NCBI GenBank assembly: GCA_034190465.1
Contig: JAXINV010000060.1
Coordinates: 1 to 47,457, forward strand
Length of the DNA stretch: 47,457 nt
Source: Candidatus Asbonarchaeum danakilense
GTDB lineage: Archaea; Nanohalarchaeota; Nanosalinia; Nanosalinales; Nanoanaerosalinaceae
Direction of reading: 5' to 3'
The position numbers and the translations under genes are program-made. Below are positions 16,912 to 26,159 of the stretch, piece by piece (position 1 is the first letter of the stretch; each line of letters starts with the position of its first letter). The notes beneath the pieces were generated by a model. It worked only from the letters and a program-made list of their open reading frames with translations. It made no database searches and had not been told where the DNA came from.

Positions 16912-16985
16912 GCCTCGACGTCTGAGAGAATCAGGTATAGCTGGCTGATCCTCTCCTGTCCCTGCAGGGACAGTGCTGACGAGGC
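16912..16985 (-). promoter_or_regulatory. Structured 5' leader (three-way junction) of the secE-spt5-rpl11-rpl1-rpl10-rpl12 transcript
   Basis: Closing stem GCCTCG/CGAGGC; perfect 18-bp palindrome CTGTCCCTGCAGGGACAG (16956-16973); 11-bp stem GAGAGGATCAG/CTGATTCTCTC with a G-U pair only on the minus strand; TATA TTTAAAA at 17009-17015. Confidence 0.7.
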
Positions 16986-17047
16986 TATCGTTGGTTGACC
17001 GGCAACTCTTTTAAAGGGTCTGCCGCCTTCTCCAGGCCCGACTGCTC

Positions 17048-17560
17048 TCAGATGTGGTGCGGGGTCTCTGGTTCCGGGGAGAAGTCAGGATCGTGGCGCC
17101 TGTGCTCGGGCGTGTATCCCATGTGCTGGAGCTCGTAGCTGCCGTCTTCTTCCTGCAGTGGCGCCTTCTCCAGCAGCTCTTCGTCGAGGCGGTCAGGCGC
17201 CTCGTCAAGGTCGATCTCTCCCCTGTCAGACCAGTAGTCGAGATGGTCGACGGCGGTCCGCTGATGGTCGTACCGGATTGCTGTCCTGACCTCGCCCCAG
17301 ATGTCGTCGATGACCTGCTCTTCCATGTCGTCGAGGCCGTATTCACGTGCTTCGCGAAGCGCACCGCGATACCAGCTCCTGCTGGCGCCGTAGACGGACT
17401 GTGTCGTGACTTCGCGGTCGAGGTGTGCCATGGAGAGGCGGTACCGGGTTTCGTGTTCGCCCTGCTTCCGCTCGGCCGTTTCAGCGAGTTCATCCAGTTC
17501 AGCGTATTCGAGGACGTCTGCTGCCGTGTCATAGAGCGAGGCGAGCCTGTCGTGGATCAT
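17048..17560 (-). CDS. Hypothetical acidic protein (170 aa)
   Basis: Start MIHDRL within the 17048-17938 ORF; genome-typical acidic composition; no family recognised. Confidence 0.7.
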   Translation of the reverse strand: MIHDRLASLYDTAADVLEYAELDELAETAERKQGEHETRYRLSMAHLDREVTTQSVYGASRSWYRGALREAREYGLDDMEEQVIDDIWGEVRTAIRYDHQRTAVDHLDYWSDRGEIDLDEAPDRLDEELLEKAPLQEEDGSYELQHMGYTPEHRRHDPDFSPEPETPHHI

Positions 17561-17600
17561 GGTTAGTACCTGTCGATGACAAACTAAAAAGTGTTGGGGT

Positions 17601-18002
17601 TCACTGGTCCAGTTCCTGCGCGACCTTGTACGCCTCCTCGATCGCCGCCTCGGGCTTATGCCCGGTGAACGCCAGGTGCAGTTCTCTGTCCTCCGGCTCG
17701 GTGTAGGCCGTGAACCCGCCCTCGATGTCGTCGATGTAGAAGCCGCGCGGGTCGTCGACCCCTGCGTCCCGGATGCTGTACCGCTTGGAGCCGTGCCTGT
17801 TCCGGGTGTTGCCGAGGTACGCTGCCTCGATGGCCGATTCCAGGTCGTCGACACCGAACTCCTCGCCGACGTGGAGGTCGATGGCGATGTCGTCGTTTCT
17901 CTGTTCGTACCTGACGTCGCCGGTCTGAATCCGGTCAACCGCGCCGGTTTTGAGGTGGTCGAGCGTCGCTTCGATCTGGTCGAGGTTGGCTGTGTAGGTC
18001 AT
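17601..18002 (-). CDS. Hypothetical acidic protein (133 aa)
   Basis: Start MTYTAN; TATA TTTAAA at ~18041-18046; acidic composition and typical codon usage. Confidence 0.75.
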   Translation of the reverse strand: MTYTANLDQIEATLDHLKTGAVDRIQTGDVRYEQRNDDIAIDLHVGEEFGVDDLESAIEAAYLGNTRNRHGSKRYSIRDAGVDDPRGFYIDDIEGGFTAYTEPEDRELHLAFTGHKPEAAIEEAYKVAQELDQ

Positions 18003-18069
18003 GGTTCCACCCGGGGCACTGTCCTTCCGCACCGCTGGCTTTTAAACCTGCCGATGGCAGCAACTGGGT

Positions 18070-18095
18070 GGAAGAAAAAAGAAGAGAAGAGGGGG
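18070..18095 (-). terminator. Oligo-pyrimidine terminator after ftsZ
   Basis: Minus strand CCCCCTCTTCTCTTCTTTTTTCTTCC just after the ftsZ stop. Confidence 0.55.
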
Positions 18096-18109
18096 TGGGC
18101 CGAGCCCGA

Positions 18110-19228
18110 TCAGACGAACTCGATGCCCAGCTCCTGCTCGATCTCCTTGGTGTACTCCTCCTTGTAGGTCTGGTCAGGCCCGAAGATCTGCGGGCTCTGC
18201 ACGCCGGTGACGATGATCATGGCGCGGAGGGAGTCACCAAGTTCCTTGAGGACCTGTGCGCCCCAGATGACTTTGGCTGTGTCGTCGAGCTTGTCGGAGA
18301 CGGTGTTGACGACCTCCTGTGCCTCGTTGAGGCTGAGGTCATTGCCGCCTGAGACGTTGATCAGGGCGCCGTCGCCGCCGTCGATCTCGACGTCGAGCAG
18401 CGGGTTGGTCAGTGCCTTCTGGACTGCCTCGCTGGCACGGTTCTCGGTGTCTGACTGCCCCATGCCTATCATGGCGATGCCGCCCTCGCCCATGACTGCA
18501 CGGATGTCCGCGAAGTCCAAGTTGACGAGCCCTGGCTTGGTGACGAGCTCGGTGACGCCTTTGACGGCGTTGACGAGGATCTCATCCGCGATCTTGAACG
18601 CGGTGTTGAGCGAGACGTCCGGGACGATCTCGAGCAGCTTGTCGTTCGGGATGACGATCAGTGTGTCGACGATGCCCTCCAGCTTTTCGAGGCCCTGTCG
18701 TGCGTTCTCCTCACGCTGCTGGCCCTCCATCTTGAAGGGGAGCGTGACGATGCCGACGGTAAGGGCGTCCATCTTCTTCGCGACCTCGGCGATGACGGGT
18801 GCTGAACCTGTACCTGTCCCGCCGCCGAGCCCGCATGTGACGAAGACGAGGTCTGAACCGGAGAGCGCGTCCTTGAGCTGGTCCTTGTTCTCCTTGGCTG
18901 ATTCACGGCCGACGGAGGGGTCCGCACCTGCGCCGAGGCCGTTGGTCAGTTCCTTGCCGATGAGGACTTTGTGGTCCGCGTCGGAGTAGAGGAGATCTTG
19001 GGCATCTGTATTGATTGCGACCGTCTCTGCACCTGCGATACCGACCTGCATGATGCGGGAGATAGTGTTGTTACCGGCCCCGCCGGTGCCGACGACCTTG
19101 ATGTCTGCCTTTCTGTCTTCGATGATCTGTCGGAGTTCTTCATCGACTTCGTGTTCCTCTGTTTTCTCTGATGGTAGTGTTTCTTCGTCGTCTTCTGACC
19201 GTTTAGCCTCTTGGACCATGTCTTCCAT
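18110..19228 (-). CDS. ftsZ: Cell division protein FtsZ (FtsZ1-type)
   Basis: VVGTGGAGNN, AINTDAQ, GLGGGTGTG, VNLDFAD. Confidence 0.98.
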   Translation of the reverse strand: MEDMVQEAKRSEDDEETLPSEKTEEHEVDEELRQIIEDRKADIKVVGTGGAGNNTISRIMQVGIAGAETVAINTDAQDLLYSDADHKVLIGKELTNGLGAGADPSVGRESAKENKDQLKDALSGSDLVFVTCGLGGGTGTGSAPVIAEVAKKMDALTVGIVTLPFKMEGQQREENARQGLEKLEGIVDTLIVIPNDKLLEIVPDVSLNTAFKIADEILVNAVKGVTELVTKPGLVNLDFADIRAVMGEGGIAMIGMGQSDTENRASEAVQKALTNPLLDVEIDGGDGALINVSGGNDLSLNEAQEVVNTVSDKLDDTAKVIWGAQVLKELGDSLRAMIIVTGVQSPQIFGPDQTYKEEYTKEIEQELGIEFV

Positions 19229-19313
19229 TGCTTATCTCCTTGGTGTGACGGGGTGAACGCGAATCTGTGCGGGTTTCTGACTGATGTTGTGTTTTAAATA
19301 AAGATATTTAAAG

Positions 19314-19979
19314 CTAAGCAGCGCCCTCATCTTCTTCCGCTTCGACGACGGCCTCGTTGACGGCTTCAAGCTTCTCGATCTCTTCTGCGAGCTTGTCTCT
19401 TGCCTCCTCGGGGACATCGGCATGGATCATGACGGTCGCAGTCCCGTCCTCGAACGTTACATCGAAGTCATGTCCGACGTGGAACTCAGCGATCGCCTGT
19501 ACCTGTTCGCCAGGGTCGTCGATCTTCCGGAGCACCTCAACGTCGTACTCCACGTCTTTCCCGGCGAGCGGGTGGTTGAAGTCGACCTTGACACGGCCGC
19601 TCGACACGCTCATGATGGTGCCTCGCCGACCGTCGACCTCGACAGGCATACCGCGGCGCGGTCGGACGTCATGTTCGTCGAACTCGCGCTTGGGGACGGT
19701 CTTGATATTCTCGCTCTTCCGTGAGCCGAAGGCCTTCGGGACTTCGACGGTGCGTTCCTCGTCGACGTCCATCTCCTTGACCTTCTCCTCCAGTCCTTCG
19801 AGGACGTAGCCCTCACCGAGCAGGACCTTGACGGGTCCGAGCTCCATGTCGCTGGTGTCGATGTCCTCTTCCTCTGCCACGTCCGGGTCCGTCAGGTCGA
19901 AGATTTCGCCTGTGCCCTTGACACGGCCGACGTAGCTGATCTCGACGATGTCGCCGTCCTGGAATGTCACTGCTATCAC
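19314..19979 (-). CDS. FKBP-type peptidyl-prolyl isomerase (SlyD-like, long archaeal type)
   Basis: GEIFDLT, GLEE, KAFG, VDFNHPLAGK; GTG start at 19979 or 19970. Confidence 0.92.
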   Translation of the reverse strand: MIAVTFQDGDIVEISYVGRVKGTGEIFDLTDPDVAEEEDIDTSDMELGPVKVLLGEGYVLEGLEEKVKEMDVDEERTVEVPKAFGSRKSENIKTVPKREFDEHDVRPRRGMPVEVDGRRGTIMSVSSGRVKVDFNHPLAGKDVEYDVEVLRKIDDPGEQVQAIAEFHVGHDFDVTFEDGTATVMIHADVPEEARDKLAEEIEKLEAVNEAVVEAEEDEGAA

Positions 19980-20033
19980 TCGCCCGTCCGTTCACGCACA
20001 ATCCTTTTATAGGTGACCCCGCAGTAGAGGACC

Positions 20034-20330
20034 ATGGGAATCGTTGAACGCGTGTTCTCGGACGAGGACTGGCGCGACCATCTCGATCCGGAGATCGCGC
20101 GGAAGATGGAGAAGCTTCTGAAGCGCATCAAGCCGTTCGAGGACTCGTACAAGAAGTCGAAACATGAGTCGATCGCGCAGCTCTGGGTCGCGCTGGCGGA
20201 GGTCTACATCCAGGTCGACCGCATGAACCAGCGTCTCATCCACATCGAACGCCTGCTCAGCGAGATCCATGAGAAGGAGGCTAGAGAGATGCAAGATGAT
20301 CAGCTCTCAGACTCGCTGAAGCAGTACTGA
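20034..20330 (+). CDS. Hypothetical helical/coiled-coil protein (98 aa)
   Basis: ATG ~23 nt after TTTTATA; DWR..L...AQLWVALA pattern; no function assignable. Confidence 0.75.
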   Translation: MGIVERVFSDEDWRDHLDPEIARKMEKLLKRIKPFEDSYKKSKHESIAQLWVALAEVYIQVDRMNQRLIHIERLLSEIHEKEAREMQDDQLSDSLKQY

Positions 20331-20407
20331 ATGTACTGTTACCAGGTTCCGCTGGTGTAACGACAGCTTTGATTAATCGGTACCGCCAATTCTATGGCGG
20401 TGTCTTG

Positions 20408-21772
20408 ATGGAGGAGTACGATGCAATCGTTCTTGGTGCAGGTTCAGGCCTCGACGTCGCGTCGGCGCTCGCAAACCGTGACTGGCAGGTAGCAGTGGTG
20501 GAGCCCGGCCCGCTGGGGGGCACGTGCCTCAACCGGGGCTGCATCCCGTCCAAGATGCTGATCCACCACGCGGACGTCGCGGAGACGATCCGCGGGGCCG
20601 ACGAGTTCCACATCGACGCCGAGTTCAACGACGCAGATTTCTCCACGATCGTGGACGAGGTCAACGAGACGGTCGGCGAGGACGCAGAGGCCATCGAGCG
20701 TGGTGTCCGTAAGTCCGACAACCATACACTGTACAAGACGGAGGCGGAGTTCGTCGACGAAAAGACACTCGAGGTCGATGATGAACGGATATCGTCCGAC
20801 ATGATCGTCGTGGCGGCGGGCAGCCGTCCGATGATCCCGCCGATCGACGGCCTGGACGAGGTCGACTACCTGACAAGCAAGGAGGCGCTGTCGCTGGACG
20901 AGCAGCCGGACGAGCTGGTGATTATCGGTGGCGGCTACATCGCTGTCGAGCTGGCACACTTCTACGCCGCGCTCGGCACCGAGGTCACGATCATCGAGAT
21001 GGCTGACAGCCTGGTCTCCCGCGAGGACGAGGATATTGCCGCGACGTTCACCGAGCTGGCGCAGGAACGCGACCGGTGGGACGTCAACCTCGGGCTCAAG
21101 GCCAGCCAGGTGGAGCAGGACGGCGACAGGATCACGGTCCACGCGGAGGACGAGGACGGGAACGAACACTCCTTCGCCGGCGACGAGCTGCTGGTCGCTG
21201 CCGGCCGCGTCCCGAACACGGACAAACTCAAGGTCGAGGAGGCTGGCCTGGAGACGGATGACCGCGGCTTCCTGGAGGTCGACGACCACATGAGGACCTC
21301 GCAGGACGGTGTCTACGCGCTGGGCGACATCGCCGGGGAGTGGATGTTCAAGCACTCGGCGAACCACGAGGCCCAGACCGTGCTGCGGAACATCCTCGGG
21401 ATGGACGACGCGGTTGACTACACCGCGATGCCGCACGCGATTTTCTCCGCGCCCCAGGTCGCCGGTGTCGGGAGGACCGAGCAGGAGCTGGAGGAACAGG
21501 GCGTCGACTACGCGGTCGGCACGTACGACTACGGCAAGACCGGCATGGGCCTGGCGCTGAAGGAGGATGACGGCTTCGTGAAGGTGCTGGTGGACAACGA
21601 CTCGGGCGAGATCCTGGGCTGCCACATCATCGGCCCGGAGGCCTCGACACTGATCCACGAGGTCCTGGTCGCGATGAAGGCGGGCTCGGGCACGGTTGAT
21701 GACATCCGAGACACGATCCACATCCATCCGGCGCTGAACGAGGTCGTGCAGCGGGCGTTCAACTCGGTCTAG
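20408..21772 (+). CDS. Pyridine nucleotide-disulfide oxidoreductase (dihydrolipoamide dehydrogenase / mycothione reductase-like)
   Basis: GAGSG, GGTCLNRGCIPSK, IGGGYI, GDIAG, HIHPALNE. Confidence 0.93.
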   Translation: MEEYDAIVLGAGSGLDVASALANRDWQVAVVEPGPLGGTCLNRGCIPSKMLIHHADVAETIRGADEFHIDAEFNDADFSTIVDEVNETVGEDAEAIERGVRKSDNHTLYKTEAEFVDEKTLEVDDERISSDMIVVAAGSRPMIPPIDGLDEVDYLTSKEALSLDEQPDELVIIGGGYIAVELAHFYAALGTEVTIIEMADSLVSREDEDIAATFTELAQERDRWDVNLGLKASQVEQDGDRITVHAEDEDGNEHSFAGDELLVAAGRVPNTDKLKVEEAGLETDDRGFLEVDDHMRTSQDGVYALGDIAGEWMFKHSANHEAQTVLRNILGMDDAVDYTAMPHAIFSAPQVAGVGRTEQELEEQGVDYAVGTYDYGKTGMGLALKEDDGFVKVLVDNDSGEILGCHIIGPEASTLIHEVLVAMKAGSGTVDDIRDTIHIHPALNEVVQRAFNSV

Positions 21773-22677
21773 ACGACGTGCAGCCAGTCACGGTAGTCGT
21801 CGAGCTCGCCGCGGGCGGCATCCATGAACGCGGACTGCAGCTCCTCGGTGATCGGGCCGCGGCCGTCGGAGACGTCCCGCTGGTCCAGTGAGGCGATCGG
21901 CGTGACTTCGGCGGCTGTTCCGGTGAAGAACGCTTCGTCGGCCTTGTAGATCTGGTCCCGGGTCAGCTGTTCCTCGTTGACGGTGTAGCCCCGGTCCTGC
22001 GCGATCTGGATGACCGACTTCCTGGTGATGCCTTCGAGGACGGAGGTCCGCGGCGGGGTGTACAGTTCGCCGTCACGGACGATGAACACGTTCTCGCCGG
22101 TGCCCTCGGAGACCTTGCCGTCCTCGGTCAGCATGATGGCCTCGTCGTAGCCGTCCCGGACCGCCTCGGCTTTCGCAAGGACGGAGTTGAGGTAGTTGCC
22201 GGTGGCCTTGGCCTTGGTCGGCATGGTGTCGGGACTGTGCCGGCGCCAGGAGGAGGTGGTGATATCGACGCCGTTCGTCAGCGCGTCCTCGCCGAGGTAG
22301 GCGCCCCACGGCCAGACAGCGATCATGGTGTTGACCTCGGTGCCCTCGGGGTTCAGTCCCATCTTGCCGTAGCCGCGGTAGGCCAGCGGCCGGATGTAGC
22401 AGGCGTCCAGGTCGTTCTCCGTGATGAGCGTCTCGATGGCGTCAACCAGTTCGTCCTTCTCGTAGTCGATGACCATGTCGCAGATCTCGGCGGAGTCGAG
22501 GAACCGTTCCAGGTGCTCGTCCAGCCGGAACACGGCGGGACCGTCGTCGGTGTCGTAGGCCCGGATGCCTTCGAACACCCCGGAGCCGTAGTGCAGTGCA
22601 TGTGTTAAGACGTGGACCTGGGCGTCGTCCCAGTCCACCAAGTCACCGTCCATCCAGATCGAGTCGACCGGTTCCAT
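21769..22677 (-). CDS. ilvE: Branched-chain amino acid aminotransferase
   Basis: LTHALHYGSGVFEGIRAY, YIRP, KAKATGNYLNS, EGTGENVF, LEGITR, FTGTAAEVTP. Confidence 0.96.
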   Translation of the reverse strand: MEPVDSIWMDGDLVDWDDAQVHVLTHALHYGSGVFEGIRAYDTDDGPAVFRLDEHLERFLDSAEICDMVIDYEKDELVDAIETLITENDLDACYIRPLAYRGYGKMGLNPEGTEVNTMIAVWPWGAYLGEDALTNGVDITTSSWRRHSPDTMPTKAKATGNYLNSVLAKAEAVRDGYDEAIMLTEDGKVSEGTGENVFIVRDGELYTPPRTSVLEGITRKSVIQIAQDRGYTVNEEQLTRDQIYKADEAFFTGTAAEVTPIASLDQRDVSDGRGPITEELQSAFMDAARGELDDYRDWLHVV

Positions 22678-22726
22678 GGCGAAGGTATTGCCACGCCCGG
22701 CATTTATGGGTTACCGGCAACCGTTC

Positions 22727-23242
22727 TCACTCCGGCTCCTGGAGCTCGCCGCGGAGCAGGCCGTACCGTTCGACGTCCCGGTACTCGCCCTGCTTGTACA
22801 GCTCGTTGCGGAACGTGCCTTCGTGCTGGAAGCCGAGGCGTTCCAGCATCTTCTGCGACGGGTCGTTGTGCTCGAAGGCCCTGCCGACGATCTTGTGCAT
22901 GTTCATTTCGTCGAAGCAGTACCTGATCACGCGGTGCACCGCCTCCGGGCCGTAGCCCTTGCCCTGCTCGTCGTCCCGCAGGTAGGCGAAGATCTCCTCG
23001 GTCCGCGAGACCTCGTTGTCCTGGTGCACGCCCACGTAGCCGATGAACGTGTCGTCCCGCCAGAGCCCGAACAGCAGGTCGTCGGTCTCCTCGATCCACT
23101 CCTCGACGTCGTCGACAGAAGAAGGCTTCCGCAGCCCGCCGTACTGCTGCATGCCGTCGCTGTGGTTGATCGCCGCGACCTCGGACGCCTGCTCCGTCTC
23201 CAGCGGATCGATCTCCAGCCGCTCGGTTGTCAGGAACGCCAT
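22727..23242 (-). CDS. GNAT acetyltransferase, RimJ/RimL family
   Basis: LTTERL, QGKGYGPEA, N.PS.KMLERLGFQHEG. Confidence 0.9.
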   Translation of the reverse strand: MAFLTTERLEIDPLETEQASEVAAINHSDGMQQYGGLRKPSSVDDVEEWIEETDDLLFGLWRDDTFIGYVGVHQDNEVSRTEEIFAYLRDDEQGKGYGPEAVHRVIRYCFDEMNMHKIVGRAFEHNDPSQKMLERLGFQHEGTFRNELYKQGEYRDVERYGLLRGELQEPE

Positions 23243-23246
23243 GGTC

Positions 23247-26159
23247 TCACTCCAGAATGATCGCCGGCTTGCCGGGTCTGGCGCGCTCGGCCTTGTCGTG
23301 GCTGGAGACGTCCTCCGGCTCGATCTCGATGTCGGCGTCGAACCGGTCGGCGAGGAAGCCCTGCGCCTCCTCGAACACCTCGCTCTCTGCCTGCGTCGCC
23401 AGCACCTGGCCGGGCAGTTCGCCAGGGTTCTGCTTGTAGTCCTTCACCAGGCCGGACAGCTGGTCCGCGTACTCCCGGAGCTCGCTGTCGCCTGTCAGCT
23501 CGTCCATCAGCGCGCCGATGTCGATGTCACCGTGCTCGTCGAAGTATGTCTTGATCCGCCGCACGGCTTCGCGCTTCCAGTCCGCTGCCAGCGCGACGTG
23601 CACGGTGTCGTAGTCGCCGACCATGTCCTCGATCTCCTGGATGTCGTCGATCGTCGCCTTGAGCAGTTCCTCGCCGGCCTCGACCTCGTCGTCGATCGCG
23701 TCGGGGTCAACCTCGGGCCAGTCCGCCTCGGTGACCAGGCCGCGGTGCCCGGTCTCGTCCCAGAGCTGCTCGCAGAGGTGCGGGATGAACGGCGCCATCA
23801 TCCGGATCTGGGCGTCCAGCACCTCCTCGATGACGTCCTGGTTCAGGGTGTCGGCGCGCTGCCGGTACCAGTTGATCAGGTTGTTCAGCTCGAAGAACGC
23901 GTTGATGGAGGCCTTCCGCGTCTGGAAGTCCTCGAGCGCGTCCTCGGCGTTTTGGATCATGCGGTTGAGCCGGGAGCGGACGTACCGGTCGATCCTGGTC
24001 GGTTCGCGCTGCTCCCCGCTGCCGTACAGCTCCAGTGTCCGTTTGTGGAACCGCTGCAGCTTCTTCCGGTACTCGACGACCTCGTCCTCCCGCCAGTCGA
24101 AGTCCTGCCACGGCTCGCACGACGCGAACATGAAGAACCGGACCGTGTCCGCGCCGTAGTCCGCGATCGCGTTCTCCGGCAGGATGACGTGGCCCTTGGA
24201 CGATGACATCTTCTCGCCTTCCAGCAGGCCCATGCCCCAGGTCGCGATGCCCTGCGGCCAGTGCTTCTCGTCGAAGATCGCGGCGTGGTGGAACATGAAG
24301 AACGTGAGGTGGTTCTGGATCAGTTCGTTGGCGGAGGTCCGCCAGTCCAGCGGGTACCAGTACTCGAAGCTTTCCCTGGCCTCCTTCAGCGTCTCCTCGT
24401 CGACGCCGGTGCTGTCGACGACGTCCTCGACCGGTCCCTCGCCGCGGAACACGTAGTCGAAGAAGTCCTCGTTCAGCTGCTCCGGGTCGATGTCCTCGAT
24501 CAGGTGTTTGATCGTGTAGTATGCCATATAGATCGTGGAGTCGGACAGCGGCTCGACCTTGAACCGTTCGTCGAACGGCAGCTCGGTGCCCAGCCCGTAG
24601 TTCCGGATGCAGGGCCAGGATTCGAGCCAGTTGATGGTGTGCTCGTAGTCTTCCCGGGTGTTCGCCGGGATGGTGCGGAGCTGGTTCAGCACCTTGTCCG
24701 CCTTGTCCTTCCAGCCGCGGTCGCCGTAGGTCAGGAACCAGGTGTCGGCCTCCGCGACGATCACGCGGCCGCCGCACCGGCAGACCACGTCCTCGGAGAA
24801 GTCCCACATCTCGCCGAACTTGTTCTGGTTGGCGTAAAGCCGCTTCAGCTCTTCCTTCGCCTCGCTGATCGACTGGCCGGCGAACTCCTGGCAGTTGCTC
24901 TTCAGCCGTCCGGTGTGGTGCTCCTTCTTGTAGATCTCCTCGGTCGCCTCCTCCAACGCTTCTTCGTCGTCCTGGGAGGTGACACCGAACTCCTCGCATG
25001 CCTCTTTCGCCGGGAACTCGCCGTAGCCCTCGACGTCGATGATCGAGACCGGCTCGATGTCCTGGACCGTCGCGGGGTCGATGCCGTGCTCCTCGAGCAG
25101 TGCCTCGTTCTGCTTCAGGTCCTGGAGCGAGATCCAGTCGTACGGCGCGTGCGCCGGCACGGACATGACCACGCCGGTCGCTGACTCGGTGTCGACGAAC
25201 GTCGCTGGCAGCAGCATGATCTCGTCGCCGGTGACAGGGTTCATGACTTCCTCGCCGATGATCTCGTCGCCGGTGAACTCCCGCTCGATCTCGACGTCGT
25301 GCTCCTGGTGCTCGAGCTTCTCAGCTGCCGCGGCGGACACGATCCAGGTCTCGCCGCGCACCGATCGCTCCGCGTCGGTGCTCTTAGAAGCTCCAGCGGA
25401 GCTGCGAGCTTCGCCGTCGACTTCCACCTCGACGTAGTCGCCGTCAGGGTCGACGAGCGCGTGGGTGACGCCGTAGACGGTCTCCGGCCGCAGCGTCGCC
25501 ATGGGGAAGATCTTGTCGTCCTTGCGGAACCTGACGAGGGTGTACTCCTGCATGTCCGCGTCCTCGCCCTCGAGCAGGTCGTGGGTGGTGACGGGGTTGT
25601 CGTCGTCGAGGCAGTATTTGGTCGGGTGCTTGCCCTGCTCCAGGTAGCCGGCCTGCTTCAGCTTGCGGTACTGCCACTGGATGAACTTGCTGTACCGTTC
25701 GTCGTTGGTGGTGAACTCGCGGCGCCAGTCGACGCCGAAGCCGAGGTCCTGCATGTTCTTCTTGTAGCTGTTCTCGATGAAGTATTCGGCGAAGTCCATG
25801 GGCTCCTCCATCGCGTCGAGGTCCTCCTGCGGGACGTTGTAGACATCCTTGAGGACGTGCAGCTGCTCTTCCTCGCCCTTCTTCAGGCGGTTGAGCGCGC
25901 CGATGATCGGGGTGCCGGTGACGTGCCAGGCCATCGGGAACAGGACGTTGTAGCCCTGCATCTTCTTGAACCGGGCGAAGACGTCGGGCAGCGTGTAGGT
26001 GCCGACATGGCCGAGGTGCATGCCGCCGCTGGGGTAGGGATAGGCGACGGTGATGAAGAACTTGTCGCGTTCGTCGGGATCCGGCTGGAAGACCTCCTGC
26101 TCCTCCCAGGCGGCCTGCCATCTGTCTTCGAAGTCGTGCAGCTTGTCCTCGAAGCCCAT
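23247..26159 (-). CDS. leuS: Leucyl-tRNA synthetase (archaeal) with a 20-aa in-frame insertion
   Basis: PYPSGGMHLGH (HIGH), ATLRPET, TGVVMSVPAHAPYD (CP1 editing), KMSSSKG, ARPGKPAI. Confidence 0.97.
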   Translation of the reverse strand: MGFEDKLHDFEDRWQAAWEEQEVFQPDPDERDKFFITVAYPYPSGGMHLGHVGTYTLPDVFARFKKMQGYNVLFPMAWHVTGTPIIGALNRLKKGEEEQLHVLKDVYNVPQEDLDAMEEPMDFAEYFIENSYKKNMQDLGFGVDWRREFTTNDERYSKFIQWQYRKLKQAGYLEQGKHPTKYCLDDDNPVTTHDLLEGEDADMQEYTLVRFRKDDKIFPMATLRPETVYGVTHALVDPDGDYVEVEVDGEARSSAGASKSTDAERSVRGETWIVSAAAAEKLEHQEHDVEIEREFTGDEIIGEEVMNPVTGDEIMLLPATFVDTESATGVVMSVPAHAPYDWISLQDLKQNEALLEEHGIDPATVQDIEPVSIIDVEGYGEFPAKEACEEFGVTSQDDEEALEEATEEIYKKEHHTGRLKSNCQEFAGQSISEAKEELKRLYANQNKFGEMWDFSEDVVCRCGGRVIVAEADTWFLTYGDRGWKDKADKVLNQLRTIPANTREDYEHTINWLESWPCIRNYGLGTELPFDERFKVEPLSDSTIYMAYYTIKHLIEDIDPEQLNEDFFDYVFRGEGPVEDVVDSTGVDEETLKEARESFEYWYPLDWRTSANELIQNHLTFFMFHHAAIFDEKHWPQGIATWGMGLLEGEKMSSSKGHVILPENAIADYGADTVRFFMFASCEPWQDFDWREDEVVEYRKKLQRFHKRTLELYGSGEQREPTRIDRYVRSRLNRMIQNAEDALEDFQTRKASINAFFELNNLINWYRQRADTLNQDVIEEVLDAQIRMMAPFIPHLCEQLWDETGHRGLVTEADWPEVDPDAIDDEVEAGEELLKATIDDIQEIEDMVGDYDTVHVALAADWKREAVRRIKTYFDEHGDIDIGALMDELTGDSELREYADQLSGLVKDYKQNPGELPGQVLATQAESEVFEEAQGFLADRFDADIEIEPEDVSSHDKAERARPGKPAIILE
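25351..25416. mobile_element. 60-bp REP/MITE-like palindromic element inserted in frame in leuS, with 6-bp direct repeat TCGCCG
   Basis: TCGCCG at 25351-25356 and 25411-25416; two bulged hairpins with a GGA triloop in inverted orientation; removing 60 nt restores VDGETWIVS. Confidence 0.75.

Noticed and set aside
25351..25416. leuS insert as an intein or bulge-helix-bulge intron
   Set aside because: It is far too short for an intein and lacks Cys/Ser...His-Asn ends. I could not build a BHB across the junctions, whereas a direct repeat and internal hairpins are evident. RT-PCR would settle it.
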